Below, piece after piece: positions 1-9,172 of a stretch of DNA of 32,608 bases. The translations under genes were made by a program, and so were the position numbers. Source of the stretch: Bryobacterales bacterium. GTDB taxonomy: Bacteria; Acidobacteriota; Terriglobia; Bryobacterales; Bryobacteraceae. Below the pieces are notes generated by a model, which saw nothing but the letters and a program-made list of their open reading frames with translations, did not search any database and was not told the DNA's origin. The stretch spans positions 1 to 32,608 of the forward strand of contig JADYZL010000400.1 in NCBI GenBank assembly GCA_020853155.1, written 5' to 3'. How positions within the stretch are numbered: the stretch's first letter is position 1; every line of letters starts with the position of its first letter.

Positions 1-958
1 CCGTGAGCTGCGTAAGTTCCTTGGTCGCGTTCCGCCTTGCCGCGTCGCGCAAAATCGCAAAGAGGCCGAGCAGATTCGCGTCCCCCATGGGACTGGGGCC
101 GCTCGAAGGCCCCGGATTCGGCGCCGCGCCCTGGCCCATCACGACGGCTCCGGTGGCGTGTGGCTCGGGGGGTCCGGGAAACCCATAGGGAGCGTCGGCA
201 GGAGGCGTGCGCATGATGCCGTCCTTGGGTTTCTCCCGGAACTCGCTATCTTCCGTGCGGTCCTTCCAGGCTTCCTTGTCCGTAAGGGCGGATCGGATGC
301 GGGAGAACGTGAGCGAGTAGACCAGGATGTTGTTGCGCTCCAGCAGATTCGCCGCTTGTTCGAACGAGCGCACGCTGCCCCGGTCTACCTTCTCCCCGAT
401 GTGCAGAATCACGCCGCGCCGTCCGCGCAGGCGCGGCGCCAGCAGGCCGACGGCTTCGGCCAGCGCATCGTAAAACGCCGCGCCGTCTCCCGAGGGGCGG
501 ATCGCCGCCATCGCCTCCGTGATTCCCGTGCCGCCCCGCTCAAACCGCTGCACGACACGCACTGAATCCGAATACGTCACCAGTGCCGCCTCGCCCCGCT
601 CTCCCGTAATCAGGGGGAGAAGCATCACGCCCACCTTGCGCATCTTCTTGATCGCCGCGCCGCAATCGCCGCAATTCTCCGCCACCACCACGAGCGAGAT
701 CGGCACGAAGGAATAATCGAGATCGAAGGCAACCGGCTTCCCATCGGCGAAGAGCGCGAAATCCTCGGGTTCCAGTGCGTGCAGATACGCGCCCTTGGCG
801 TCCGTTACCGTAGTGTGCGCCACCACGAGCGGAGAACTCGCACGAAACACAGGTTCCTGCGCGGGCAGCGATACGCCTGCCACCAGAAAGAACAGCGCGA
901 GGGCTATGGCGAAGCTCGCCAACCGGGGCAGGGGCTGGAATCTTGGGGGAGCGAACAC
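1..958 (-). CDS. VWA (von Willebrand factor A) domain protein, acidobacterial VWFA-related type; 3' end runs off the left edge
   Basis: Absent from the ORF track. Hand translation of the minus strand gives an open frame from the window edge up to ~958: ...LASFAIALALFFLVAGVSLPAQEPVFRASSPLVVAHTTVTDAKGAYLHALEPEDFALFADGKPVAFDLDYSFVPISLVVVAENCGD...SGDGAAFYDALAEAV... This reads as a signal/anchor peptide followed by the opening and core typical of this family. No ATG is available; the start is GTG at 958 or TTG at 922. Confidence 0.65.
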   Translation of the reverse strand, partial: MFAPPRFQPLPRLASFAIALALFFLVAGVSLPAQEPVFRASSPLVVAHTTVTDAKGAYLHALEPEDFALFADGKPVAFDLDYSFVPISLVVVAENCGDCGAAIKKMRKVGVMLLPLITGERGEAALVTYSDSVRVVQRFERGGTGITEAMAAIRPSGDGAAFYDALAEAVGLLAPRLRGRRGVILHIGEKVDRGSVRSFEQAANLLERNNILVYSLTFSRIRSALTDKEAWKDRTEDSEFREKPKDGIMRTPPADAPYGFPGPPEPHATGAVVMGQGAAPNPGPSSGPSPMGDANLLGLFAILRDAARRNATKELTQLT

Positions 959-1057
959 AACCGCGAGACGCCTGAGTGCGGGTTCCGGTTGCGCGAACGC
1001 AAGATATCTCGGGCGTAGGAGAATGGAGGATGGCCGCGCCCCGGCACGTTGCCGCCC

Positions 1058-1687
1058 ATGAGCATGATCGCCCGCCTTTCCCACCACTTTCGTGAACGCC
1101 GCATGCGCCGCTTCGCGGAACTGATGGGCGTTACGGAAGAGACGCGTATTCTCGATGTGGGTGGGTCGCCCGATACATGGCGGCTGCTGCCCTTCACGCC
1201 CCGCGTCACGCTGCTCAATATCCCGATGTCCATTGAGGAACGGGACCGCCGTTTCCATTGGGTGGCGGGGGATGGGTGTGCGCTGCCGTTCGCCGGCCAG
1301 AGCTTCGATATCGTGTTCAGTAACTCCGTGATCGAGCATGTGGGCGACGCGGCGAGGCAGCGGGCGTTCGCTCAGGAGACGATGCGCGTCGGCAAGCGCT
1401 TTTTCGTGCAGACGCCGAATGCCGGCTTCCCGGTGGAGCAGCACCTTTTCATGCCGCTGCTGCATTGGCTGCCAAAGGCCTTGCAGCGATCAATCGTCAC
1501 GCGCTTCACCGTCTGGGAGTGGGTGGCCCGCCCGCGGCCGGACCAGCGCGAGTTCTATCTGCACCACTACCTCGATGACGTGCAACTGCTGCGGGGGCAT
1601 GCCCTGCGTGCGTTATTCCCAGGAGCGCGGCTGCGCAAGGAGCGCGTGTTCGGGGTCGCGAAATCCCTGATTGTTTGGAAGCGCTGA
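1058..1687 (+). CDS. class I SAM-dependent methyltransferase (Methyltransf_11-like)
   Basis: ORF 1049..1687. Motif I ILDVGGSPDTW and post-I/II CALPFAGQSFDIVFSNSVIEHV. Codon 1049 is TTG; the first ATGs are at 1058 and 1064, so the start is uncertain. Confidence 0.75.
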   Translation: MSMIARLSHHFRERRMRRFAELMGVTEETRILDVGGSPDTWRLLPFTPRVTLLNIPMSIEERDRRFHWVAGDGCALPFAGQSFDIVFSNSVIEHVGDAARQRAFAQETMRVGKRFFVQTPNAGFPVEQHLFMPLLHWLPKALQRSIVTRFTVWEWVARPRPDQREFYLHHYLDDVQLLRGHALRALFPGARLRKERVFGVAKSLIVWKR

Positions 1688-1694
1688 CGGCGTC

Positions 1695-2483
1695 TTAGCG
1701 TTTGCCTTTCGGGGGCTTGGCCGCCTGTTTCTCCACTGTCACCTCGGTGCTCGTCTTGTCGGCAGCGAAGCACAACGCATCGAGCGGGCATGCGGCACAG
1801 TTAGGCTTGCGGGCGAAGCATAAGGCTCTACCGTGCAGGATCAACTCGTGAGAGAAATCGATCCAGTGGTCTTGCGGCACGATGGCCATCAGGTCCCGCT
1901 CGATCTTGACGGGGTCCACTTCACCGGTGAATGCGAGCCGCCGGGCCACACGTTGCACGTGAGTGTCCACGACGACCCCGGAGGGAATGCCGTAGCCGCT
2001 TCCGAGCACGACGTTCGCCGTCTTGCGCGCCGCACCCGGCACCGTGAGCAACTCTTCCATCGTGCGGGGCACTTCGCCGCCAAATGATTCCACGATGCGC
2101 CGGGCCGCGCCAACGATGTTCTTTGCCTTGTTATTAAAAAAGCCCGTGGAGCGGATCAGCGGGACTACATCCTCGATCTCCGCCGCGGCTAGAGCCTCCA
2201 CCGTAGGGTATTTCGCGAAGAGGGCCGGGGTTACCATGTTCACGCGTTCGTCCGTGCATTGCGCGGAGAGAATCGTGGCCACCAAGAGTTCCCAGGCGTT
2301 GCGATGGTGGAGCGCGCACACAGGATTGGGGTAGGTTTTCGTAAGAATGCGTTGAATTTCGACAAATCGCTCCTCGCGCTCCCGCTTCGTGCGCGGCTGC
2401 TTCCCCACCGGTTTTCGCTCCGCCACCGATTTGCGCTTGGGACGCGGCTTTCCACCCACATTCTTTCCGGAATCTTGTGCCAT
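1695..2483 (-). CDS. nth: endonuclease III (DNA glycosylase/AP lyase) with a Lys/Arg-rich N-terminal extension
   Basis: ORF 1695..2504. ELLVATILSAQCTDERVN, a helix-hairpin-helix region, VVDTHVQRVARRL and a C-terminal 4-Cys cluster CFARKPNCAACPLDALC. The ATG at 2483 is preceded by GGGAGGA; codon 2504 is TTG. Confidence 0.9.
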   Translation of the reverse strand: MAQDSGKNVGGKPRPKRKSVAERKPVGKQPRTKREREERFVEIQRILTKTYPNPVCALHHRNAWELLVATILSAQCTDERVNMVTPALFAKYPTVEALAAAEIEDVVPLIRSTGFFNNKAKNIVGAARRIVESFGGEVPRTMEELLTVPGAARKTANVVLGSGYGIPSGVVVDTHVQRVARRLAFTGEVDPVKIERDLMAIVPQDHWIDFSHELILHGRALCFARKPNCAACPLDALCFAADKTSTEVTVEKQAAKPPKGKR

Positions 2484-2596
2484 GCGATCCTCCCGTGCCC
2501 CCAATTTCTAGCATCGCAAAATGGAGGCCCCGCGATGGGCCAATTCCGAATGGCCGCATGCCAGGCGGGGGCTTGCTGATAGATAATAAGGACGCT

Positions 2597-3235
2597 ATGC
2601 GAATCCTGCGAACTCTTCTGCTTACCCTCACGGTCTCGCTCGCTCTTTCGGGGCAAGGTGGTAACCAATTCATGCAATTGTTCAACGGCCAGAATCTCGA
2701 CGGATGGAAGCAAGTGGGTTGGGACCACTTTGTCGTCGAAGACGGCATGATGAAGACCGAGGGCGGGATGGGTCTGCTCTATTACGATACGGAAAAGCTG
2801 GGCGATGGCACGCTCCGGGTCGTCTTTAAGACTGCCGAGGGCCGCGCCAATTCTGGCGTCGTGATTCGCATGCCGGAGAAGCCGATCGACGCATGGTACG
2901 GCGTGCATAACGGCTATGAAGTGCAGATTGACGCGGGCGGTGACGAATGGCATCGGACGGGAGCGATCTACTCGATCAGCAAGGCTACGAAGGAGAATCA
3001 GAAACCGGCGGGCGAGTGGAACACGCTTGAGATCACGCTGGCTGGCCCCAAGACGACGGTTTCGCTAAACGGAGAAGTGGTGAACATCTACGTGGAAGGG
3101 CAGGAAGTGCCGCCGCGCAAACAATGGTTCGAGCCGGTTCGCGGACCGCGGCCCGATAGCGGCTATATCGGGTTGCAGAACCACGATGCGGGTTCCACCG
3201 TTTGGTTCAAGGAAGTGAGTTTCCGGCGGAATTAG
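2597..3235 (+). CDS. secreted DUF1080 (3-keto-disaccharide hydrolase-like, LamG fold) protein
   Basis: ORF 2477..3235. The internal ATG at 2597 (AAGGA upstream) opens a signal peptide MRILRTLLLTLTVSLALSGQ. It is followed by LFNGQNLDGWKQVG...GYEVQIDAGG...GYIGLQNHDAGSTVWFKEVSF, the typical DUF1080 pattern. Confidence 0.8.
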   Translation: MRILRTLLLTLTVSLALSGQGGNQFMQLFNGQNLDGWKQVGWDHFVVEDGMMKTEGGMGLLYYDTEKLGDGTLRVVFKTAEGRANSGVVIRMPEKPIDAWYGVHNGYEVQIDAGGDEWHRTGAIYSISKATKENQKPAGEWNTLEITLAGPKTTVSLNGEVVNIYVEGQEVPPRKQWFEPVRGPRPDSGYIGLQNHDAGSTVWFKEVSFRRN

Positions 3236-4043
3236 CCTCGCCCAAACTCGCGGGCAACCCGTATATACGCGCGGCGTTCTCGCCCAGGAGCAATTCCCGA
3301 AAGCCCATCGTGCGCGCGCCAATTGCCTGCGTGAAGCGCGCCAGGCACTCCTTCCAGGAATGCGCCGGCAGGCAGAACGGCCAATCGGAACCGAAAAGCA
3401 GCCGCCGTTCCCCGAACTCTTCGAGCAGAAACCCCACCAGGCTCTGGAGCGTGGCGAGGTTCCACTCGTCGAGCGTGGTTGACCAGAACCCGCTGAGCTT
3501 TACGTGGACGTTGGGTTCCCTTGCCAGGGTGCGCATCTCCTCCATCCATTGCGCCAATTCGCCATGCCCGAGCGGTGGCGCGCCGGCGTGGGCAAGCACC
3601 AGAGGCGTGTTCGAGTTTGTGTGCGCAATCTCCGCGAGGGAACGCAGATGGAACCCATCCGCCGCGGGGGCGATATCGAGTGCAACCCCGATCCGTTCGC
3701 AATGGGCAGCCGCCTCCGCGATAGCGGCTGAACCGGCCCGCGCCCAATATCCTCGGAGTAATCCGTCCCTTTCTTCCGGCTCCAGCGCACTTTCCGCTTG
3801 CGCCTCCCATGCGATAACGAGGCCGTGGAGCAATCGGGATTCCTTGCACCATGCGGCCAGTTGGGCAATTTCCACCGCTTCGCCGCCGGTGCTCACGAGC
3901 AAGCCGCCGTCGAAGCGGTTCCGGGCGAGGATGGGCTCAATGTGCTCGGGGAGAAATGCCCGGTCCTCGCCAGGAAAGCGAGGATGCTTACGGGCACTGC
4001 CCGGCGTTTCCTTCCAGAGCGAAATTTGCGTATCAATGCGCAC
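3207..4043 (-). CDS. amidohydrolase-2 family protein (fuconolactonase-like fold)
   Basis: 278-aa ORF with a GTG start preceded by GGGAAGGGGA, 23 nt after the thrC stop. C-terminal FGSDWPFCLP and central LVLAHAGAPP resemble PF04909-type enzymes. The N-terminus reads RIDTQISLW where these enzymes usually have an HxH. Confidence 0.65.
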   Translation of the reverse strand: MRIDTQISLWKETPGSARKHPRFPGEDRAFLPEHIEPILARNRFDGGLLVSTGGEAVEIAQLAAWCKESRLLHGLVIAWEAQAESALEPEERDGLLRGYWARAGSAAIAEAAAHCERIGVALDIAPAADGFHLRSLAEIAHTNSNTPLVLAHAGAPPLGHGELAQWMEEMRTLAREPNVHVKLSGFWSTTLDEWNLATLQSLVGFLLEEFGERRLLFGSDWPFCLPAHSWKECLARFTQAIGARTMGFRELLLGENAARIYGLPASLGEANSAGNSLP

Positions 4044-4066
4044 CGGTTCCCCTTCCCGCAGATGCG

Positions 4067-5368
4067 CTACCCGAGCAGCCCCGCGATCAGATCCGGGTCG
4101 TTGGGCACGACGGTGGGCGCATTGCCGAAGGTGCTCGCAAGGCGTTTGCCGCGGGGGTCGTCAAGCTGACCCGTGTGATAGCGGTAGATGTAATCCGGAT
4201 CCTTCAGCACGTGCCCGGTAAGCACGGCCACCACCCGTTCGCCGGGTGCGATGCGGCCATCGGCCACCATCTTGCGAATGCCGGCCAGCGTTGCGGCCGA
4301 TGCCGGTTCGCAGCCAATCCCACAACGCCCGATTACCGCCTTCGCGTCGGCGATTTCCTGCTCACTGACCTTCTCGACAAGCCCGTTGCTCGCATGAACT
4401 TCCCGCAGTGCCTTGGGCCAGCTTACGGGATCGCCGATCTTGATCGCGGTCGCCAGTGTTTCCGGATGCGGATTCGGCGTAAACTTGCCGCCCTTATCCT
4501 GAAACAGACCGTAGAAGGGAGAGGAACCTTCGGCCTGCACCACCGCCAGGCGTGGCAATCGATCGATAAAGCCCCAGGCATGCAATTCCCGCAGGCCTTT
4601 GCCGAAAGCGGCGGTATTGCCCAGGTTGCCGCCGGGAAGCACTACCCAATCTGGCACTTGCCAATCGAGCTGATCGAGCATTTCCGCCATGATCGTCTTT
4701 TGCCCCTCGATGCGGAAGGGGTTGATCGAATTGAGCAGGTAAATGCCCAGCTTCTCCGCGAGCGTGAGCACGAGGGCCAGAATCTGATCGAAGTTTGCGT
4801 CCACTTGCAGCGTGCGCGCTCCGTATTCGAGCGCCTGGGCCAGCTTGCCGTAGGCGATGTTGCCATTCGGGATGAAGATGATTGGCTGCAAGCCGCCGGC
4901 GCTGGCGTAGGCGGCCATCGAAGCGGAGGTGTTCCCCGTGGAAACGCAGGCCACTTGGGTCATCCCCAGGTGCCGCGCTTGTGCCACTCCGCATGTCATG
5001 CCGTTATCCTTGAAACTACCCGTGGGATTGTATCCCTGGTGCTTGAACGAGAGGGCGGTGAGGCCGGCGAATTTCGCCGCGGCGGGCGCATCGAGGATGG
5101 GTGTGTTGCCTTCCGAGAGGGTTACCACATGATCGAACTCCGGCCAGAACGGCAGCATCTCCCGGTAGCGCCAGACACCGCTGCGATCAAGCGGGTGGTT
5201 ACTCATCCGGCGTTCCCGCCAAAGGCGCTTCAAAGCCTCCGGTCCGGCGGCAGGCGTGGGGAATTCGATCTCGAGTAGCGAACCGGAGGCGGGGCTCGTA
5301 TAGATCACATCGTCGATCGGGAAACGCTCCGTTTCCGGGTGTGCAAGGGCAACAAGTTCAGCAGGCAT
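4067..5368 (-). CDS. thrC: threonine synthase
   Basis: 433 aa. PLP-lysine motif NPTGSFKDNGMT, STGNTSASMAAY and GGNLGN glycine loop. Confidence 0.9.
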   Translation of the reverse strand: MPAELVALAHPETERFPIDDVIYTSPASGSLLEIEFPTPAAGPEALKRLWRERRMSNHPLDRSGVWRYREMLPFWPEFDHVVTLSEGNTPILDAPAAAKFAGLTALSFKHQGYNPTGSFKDNGMTCGVAQARHLGMTQVACVSTGNTSASMAAYASAGGLQPIIFIPNGNIAYGKLAQALEYGARTLQVDANFDQILALVLTLAEKLGIYLLNSINPFRIEGQKTIMAEMLDQLDWQVPDWVVLPGGNLGNTAAFGKGLRELHAWGFIDRLPRLAVVQAEGSSPFYGLFQDKGGKFTPNPHPETLATAIKIGDPVSWPKALREVHASNGLVEKVSEQEIADAKAVIGRCGIGCEPASAATLAGIRKMVADGRIAPGERVVAVLTGHVLKDPDYIYRYHTGQLDDPRGKRLASTFGNAPTVVPNDPDLIAGLLG

Positions 5369-5455
5369 GAACTTTCAGTATACGGAGTCTTCCGGGGGCG
5401 AAGCCCACGTGAGAGGCAGGGCCGGACCGGGGCGCGAGGGGAATAGGAGCAGCGT

Positions 5456-8050
5456 CTAGCCGCCGGAAAGCGGAAGGGAGAGCGGCGCGGAATGCCGGCC
5501 CTTCCATTCCACCTGGATGGAGACGGGCGCGGGTTGCATGGCGCCCTCGGCGGTGGAGGTCAAATTCAGTGGAATGTCGAAGGCCACGGGCAGACGGTCT
5601 TCACTCGGCGCGGAGGGCTCCAGCGCTTCGATCAGTTGGCCGTTCACGCGGATTGCGAGCCCTCCGACGTGCCGCGCCTCGAATTGCACGCCTTCCAGCT
5701 TCAGGAGGAGCCGGGCGCGATATTGCAGATGACTGCTTTTCAGTTCGGCGCGCGCGAAACTTCCCGCTTCGAGGATCGCCGGGGGCGCGCCGGTCAACTC
5801 CACCATCACCGGCAGAGACGTTCGGCCGGGAAGCATTGCTTCCAGGCGGGCCAGCCCTTGCGGAAGCTCTGCGGGGACCGCGAACCGATAGCGGTCAGCC
5901 TCCACGCGGCTGGCCGTCACCAGACGGTCCGCCAGGCGCAGCAGAATTGTTTCGCTCAGGCCCTCGCCTGAAATACGCGCCGTTACCGTCGCGCCGGGAT
6001 AGATAGCTGCATCGCCGGTGGCGTCATCGACCAAGTGGGAATCAATGGAAACAGTTTGCGCATTTGCTGGGGCGATCCCCAGAGCGCGGCCCGTGTTCAC
6101 CGTAGCCAGATCCTTGTGCAGCCAAAGCTCCACCGAGCCCTGCGGAGCGGAGGGCATGGCTTTGACGTTGGCAATCAAGCGGTTTGGAGTCGAGCGCCAG
6201 ATCCGGCGCACAATCACATGGGGCGAGTTAAAGGAAATCTCGAGTTGCCCCTCTTCAAACCAGTTCCCGGCCGTCTCAACTTCGATTGCCGCCTCCGCCC
6301 CGGCGGGCAGGCTCGGGGCGTTCAACTGGAAGTCGGCGCTGCCCACGGCGCGGGTGGCCACCACGGGCGGGTTGGCGTTCAGATATAGCGAACTCTGTCC
6401 GTCGCCGCCCAACGCCACCACGCGGACCGCCCGGCCATCGTTCGTGAAGGGGGCACGCAAAGAGAGTTCCTGGCTTTGCGTGTCCTCAATTGCGGGAAGC
6501 GTGGATGCCTTCAAGCCATCGACCAAATACGTAAAGGACGGCGCCAATTGCCGTCCGCGCAACCGGATCGATTCCGAGCCGTCCGCGCCCGCCTCGATTG
6601 TGGCTTCCTGGACGTCAGGGGGCTGTTGGCCCACCACGCGGAAACCGGACGGCTGCACGAACGTCTCGCCATTCCGGCTCCAAAGCAGCGGCTTTGCTCC
6701 CAAGCTGGCCGTGAACGGGTGAAACGTCAGATTCACCCGCAGAAATTGGGGCGCGGGCTCATAGGCTTGCACATCCTCGTCCAGGATCCCGGCCGCCGTG
6801 GAATTCACCTGCAATCCGTCCGCTTTGTGTCCGTCTTCCACCAGGTTGGCTCCATAAGCAACCAGGAACGGCCGTTCGGAACCGGTGTTCACCACGGCCG
6901 GGTTCACCGCGAAATTAGAGGGGAAACTATAGGTGGTGATATCGGCGAACGCGCGGGAATCGACGCGCGGAACCTCCAGCGACACGCCGCTAATTGTGCC
7001 CCCCCGTTGGGCAACGATCTCATGGGCGGCATCCCAGTTCGGAACGTCAGGGAAGAAGCGGGTGGCGAAGAGCCCGCCGGGCGGAATGGCATTTCCATTC
7101 TCGTCCTTGGGAAGAACAATCTGTCCCGGCCCCAGCCCTTCCTGCGTACCGGACGCAACGGGCTGGGCGTACAAGTAGTAGCCTCCGGCGGGGACGCCGC
7201 GGATCTCATAGCTCCCGTCTGGAAGCGTCAGCGTGCTCACCGCCACGCCCGAAGGCATCAGCGCCGTCACGTTGGCGAAGTGCATCGGCGCGCCGTCGGA
7301 GGTAACGCGTCCCCGGATGACAGCCGTATCCGATGCGAAATGGCTGTCCGGATACAGCGCGCCCAATCCGGCGAAATCGTCCTCCGCCAATGGGGCGGCC
7401 TTGGTCGTGGCCCGCGTGACGCCGGTGGACATGACGCTTCCGGCGAAGGCGTGCTGCAGACCCAGCGCATGGCCCATCTCGTGGACCAGCGTCATGAAGA
7501 AGGCTTCGGAATAGCTTGGGCGCTCCCGCAGGCGATGGCTCAGAATCACCACACTACGCGCGATGGGAACGAACTCGCCATTCGCATCCGATGTTCGTGC
7601 GTCTCGCGCCACAGGCCCACCCATGGCGATTACGCCGGGCGGCAATTCCTCAAAAATAACCTGGACATAGGGCGTTCCCGCCGCCGGTTCCCCGGCGACT
7701 TCTCCCGCATAGCGGAGCCGTAACGCGGATCGCGGAACCGCCGACCATTGCGCCGCGGCCAATCTTAATTCACTGAGCACCGCACTCCAGGTGTCCCCTT
7801 CGGCATATTCCGGCTCCACGGATTTCGAAACCACCAGCGGAACGGATGCATCGGGTAGCGCCCGGAGATCGAACCGCTCGGCAACCGCCCGCGAGACGCC
7901 ACCCTCCTCGCGCACATGCAGAAAGTGATAGTAGCCGGGGAGCGGCGCCAGGACGGCCAGCAGCCCGCCAAGAGTGAGCAGAAGGCGGCGGAGAAGAACA
8001 CCGCGGAGCAGACGCCCACGGAGCGGCGTGGAAAGAGGAAGGCCTTTCAC
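5456..8050 (-). CDS. large secreted/anchored matrixin-like (metzincin) zinc metalloprotease with CarboxypepD_reg-like and Ig-like repeats
   Basis: 864 aa with an N-terminal hydrophobic anchor. HEMGHALGLQH (HExxHxxGxxH) is followed by a Met-turn-like GSVMS. Then GRVTSDGAPMHFANVTAL...DGSYEIRGVPAGGYYLYAQP (carboxypeptidase-regulatory-like fold). The GTG start overlaps the upstream TGA (GTGA). Confidence 0.75.
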   Translation of the reverse strand: MKGLPLSTPLRGRLLRGVLLRRLLLTLGGLLAVLAPLPGYYHFLHVREEGGVSRAVAERFDLRALPDASVPLVVSKSVEPEYAEGDTWSAVLSELRLAAAQWSAVPRSALRLRYAGEVAGEPAAGTPYVQVIFEELPPGVIAMGGPVARDARTSDANGEFVPIARSVVILSHRLRERPSYSEAFFMTLVHEMGHALGLQHAFAGSVMSTGVTRATTKAAPLAEDDFAGLGALYPDSHFASDTAVIRGRVTSDGAPMHFANVTALMPSGVAVSTLTLPDGSYEIRGVPAGGYYLYAQPVASGTQEGLGPGQIVLPKDENGNAIPPGGLFATRFFPDVPNWDAAHEIVAQRGGTISGVSLEVPRVDSRAFADITTYSFPSNFAVNPAVVNTGSERPFLVAYGANLVEDGHKADGLQVNSTAAGILDEDVQAYEPAPQFLRVNLTFHPFTASLGAKPLLWSRNGETFVQPSGFRVVGQQPPDVQEATIEAGADGSESIRLRGRQLAPSFTYLVDGLKASTLPAIEDTQSQELSLRAPFTNDGRAVRVVALGGDGQSSLYLNANPPVVATRAVGSADFQLNAPSLPAGAEAAIEVETAGNWFEEGQLEISFNSPHVIVRRIWRSTPNRLIANVKAMPSAPQGSVELWLHKDLATVNTGRALGIAPANAQTVSIDSHLVDDATGDAAIYPGATVTARISGEGLSETILLRLADRLVTASRVEADRYRFAVPAELPQGLARLEAMLPGRTSLPVMVELTGAPPAILEAGSFARAELKSSHLQYRARLLLKLEGVQFEARHVGGLAIRVNGQLIEALEPSAPSEDRLPVAFDIPLNLTSTAEGAMQPAPVSIQVEWKGRHSAPLSLPLSGG

Positions 8051-8622
8051 TGTCTGCCTCCCTTGGCTGTGGCGGCACGCCGCGTAACCGCCTCCCGCAA
8101 TGCGGCAAGCCGCATGCCTAGCCCGGAATCCCGCACCGCGCGGCCCGTGTTCCGGTCAAGCATGGTTCCATCAATTGCCGGACGAATCGCCGAAGCCCGG
8201 CCGCCCTTCCCCTCAATGCGCAGCAACCCTTGCGACATCCCCACCAGCAGCAGGCGTCCGCTTCGCGCGCGCCACAGGAAGAGCACATACTCCGCGCCGC
8301 GTTCAAGCACCGGGACCCCGGCCAGCGTTTGCTGCATGCCTCCCGCGGCGCCGCCGGGAAGGGAAACCGCAATGCTGCCCGAGCCGGGTCCACCGGCAGA
8401 GGCGCCCGCCTCCTCTTTCAGGACTTCAGAGACTTTCACGCGGTAGTCCGTCTCGATGCGCTGCCCGTTGTTCGAAGACGTGGATTCGCCGATCGTTCCG
8501 CGAACGATCAGCGTGGAGGAATCGATCAGTTCCTCGAGGGAGAGTTTCTCCAGCGTCACCGCGGCGGCGCTTCCAACAAGCAGAAGCAACGGCAGCAGGA
8601 GCGCGGCAAGACGGCGTAACAT
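8047..8622 (-). CDS. hypothetical secreted protein, translationally coupled to the metalloprotease
   Basis: 191 aa, ATG start, signal peptide MLRRLAALLLPLLLLVGSAAA. 4-nt overlap with the downstream protease gene. No family recognised. Confidence 0.6.
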   Translation of the reverse strand: MLRRLAALLLPLLLLVGSAAAVTLEKLSLEELIDSSTLIVRGTIGESTSSNNGQRIETDYRVKVSEVLKEEAGASAGGPGSGSIAVSLPGGAAGGMQQTLAGVPVLERGAEYVLFLWRARSGRLLLVGMSQGLLRIEGKGGRASAIRPAIDGTMLDRNTGRAVRDSGLGMRLAALREAVTRRAATAKGGRQ

Positions 8623-8833
8623 GCGTGAAGTGAACCTGATGCACGTGAGTCTCCATCTTGCATCTTCGTATTATCAATAAGTTAGGTCACGATGGTTCTT
8701 GGGTGTGGGTCGTTTTGGCAACACCCGGGTCACAATGGAACCCATTTTGGCCGCGCGACCCGCCGAGTATGAGCCGTGAGGTGCGGGGCAGGAACCGCAT
8801 CCGAGCAGACGCGTACCGCACACCAGAGTACGG

Positions 8834-8877
8834 GAAACGAAAAGGGGAGGCGCTTCAGACCGTTCGTCCGCCTCCCC
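8834..8877 (-). terminator. rho-independent terminator ending the kinase-to-zinc-ribbon gene string
   Basis: Minus-strand RNA: GGGGAGGCG - 16-nt loop - CGCCUCCCC followed by UUUUCGUUU. Arms lie at 8844-8852 and 8869-8877, 54 nt past the stop of the 8931..9143 gene. Confidence 0.55.
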
Positions 8878-8930
8878 TTCGCTCTTAACTCCGTAGCTTA
8901 ACGGCGATCAAACCGGGTTTCCCGGAGCCA

Positions 8931-9143
8931 TCAACCGTTGCAGTGGTTGGGGCAGCGCCAATACCCCGCAGGGAGCGTGGCGTCGGCATTCAGCGTGGGC
9001 GTCCACACTTCGCCGCAATTCCGGCAGCGAAGCAACAGATTGTGGCGGTTCAGCCGGGTGACGCCGAGCCTTTCCAGATGATAGGCCGAAAGATAACGGG
9101 GATCTTCCGTCTGCGTTTGAGGGGCTTCAAGTACTTGTTCCAT
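8931..9143 (-). CDS. small zinc-ribbon-like protein (CxxC ... CxxxC), hypothetical
   Basis: 70 aa. RCRNCGEVW...WRCPNHCNG. Strong SD (AAAGGAGAG) 4 nt upstream of the ATG. 29-nt gap from the upstream gene. Confidence 0.6.
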   Translation of the reverse strand: MEQVLEAPQTQTEDPRYLSAYHLERLGVTRLNRHNLLLRCRNCGEVWTPTLNADATLPAGYWRCPNHCNG

Positions 9144-9172
9144 GGGTCTCTCCTTTCGATGGGTGCTTCTGG

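Noticed and set aside
3851-5278. 475-aa plus-strand ORF (also 4494-4994 and others) opposite thrC
   Set aside because: Antisense shadow ORF typical of GC-rich DNA. Arg/Gly/Ala/Pro-rich with no motifs, while the opposite strand encodes an unmistakable threonine synthase.
6476-7723. 415-aa plus-strand ORF and neighbours (6018-6722, 5492-5971) opposite the metalloprotease
   Set aside because: Shadow ORFs. Low-complexity Arg/Gly-rich translations, and the minus strand carries the HExxH protease.
8658-8888. 76-aa plus-strand ORF in the 308-bp gap
   Set aside because: TTG start without an SD and an Arg/Pro-rich product. It runs through the terminator hairpin of the opposite-strand operon.
8893-8925. 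GTAGCTTAACGG, reminiscent of a tRNA D-arm, followed by a CCGGG-ttt-CCCGG hairpin
   Set aside because: No acceptor stem, anticodon arm or T-arm (GTTCRANYC) can be built around it, and it abuts the 3' end of the zinc-ribbon CDS.
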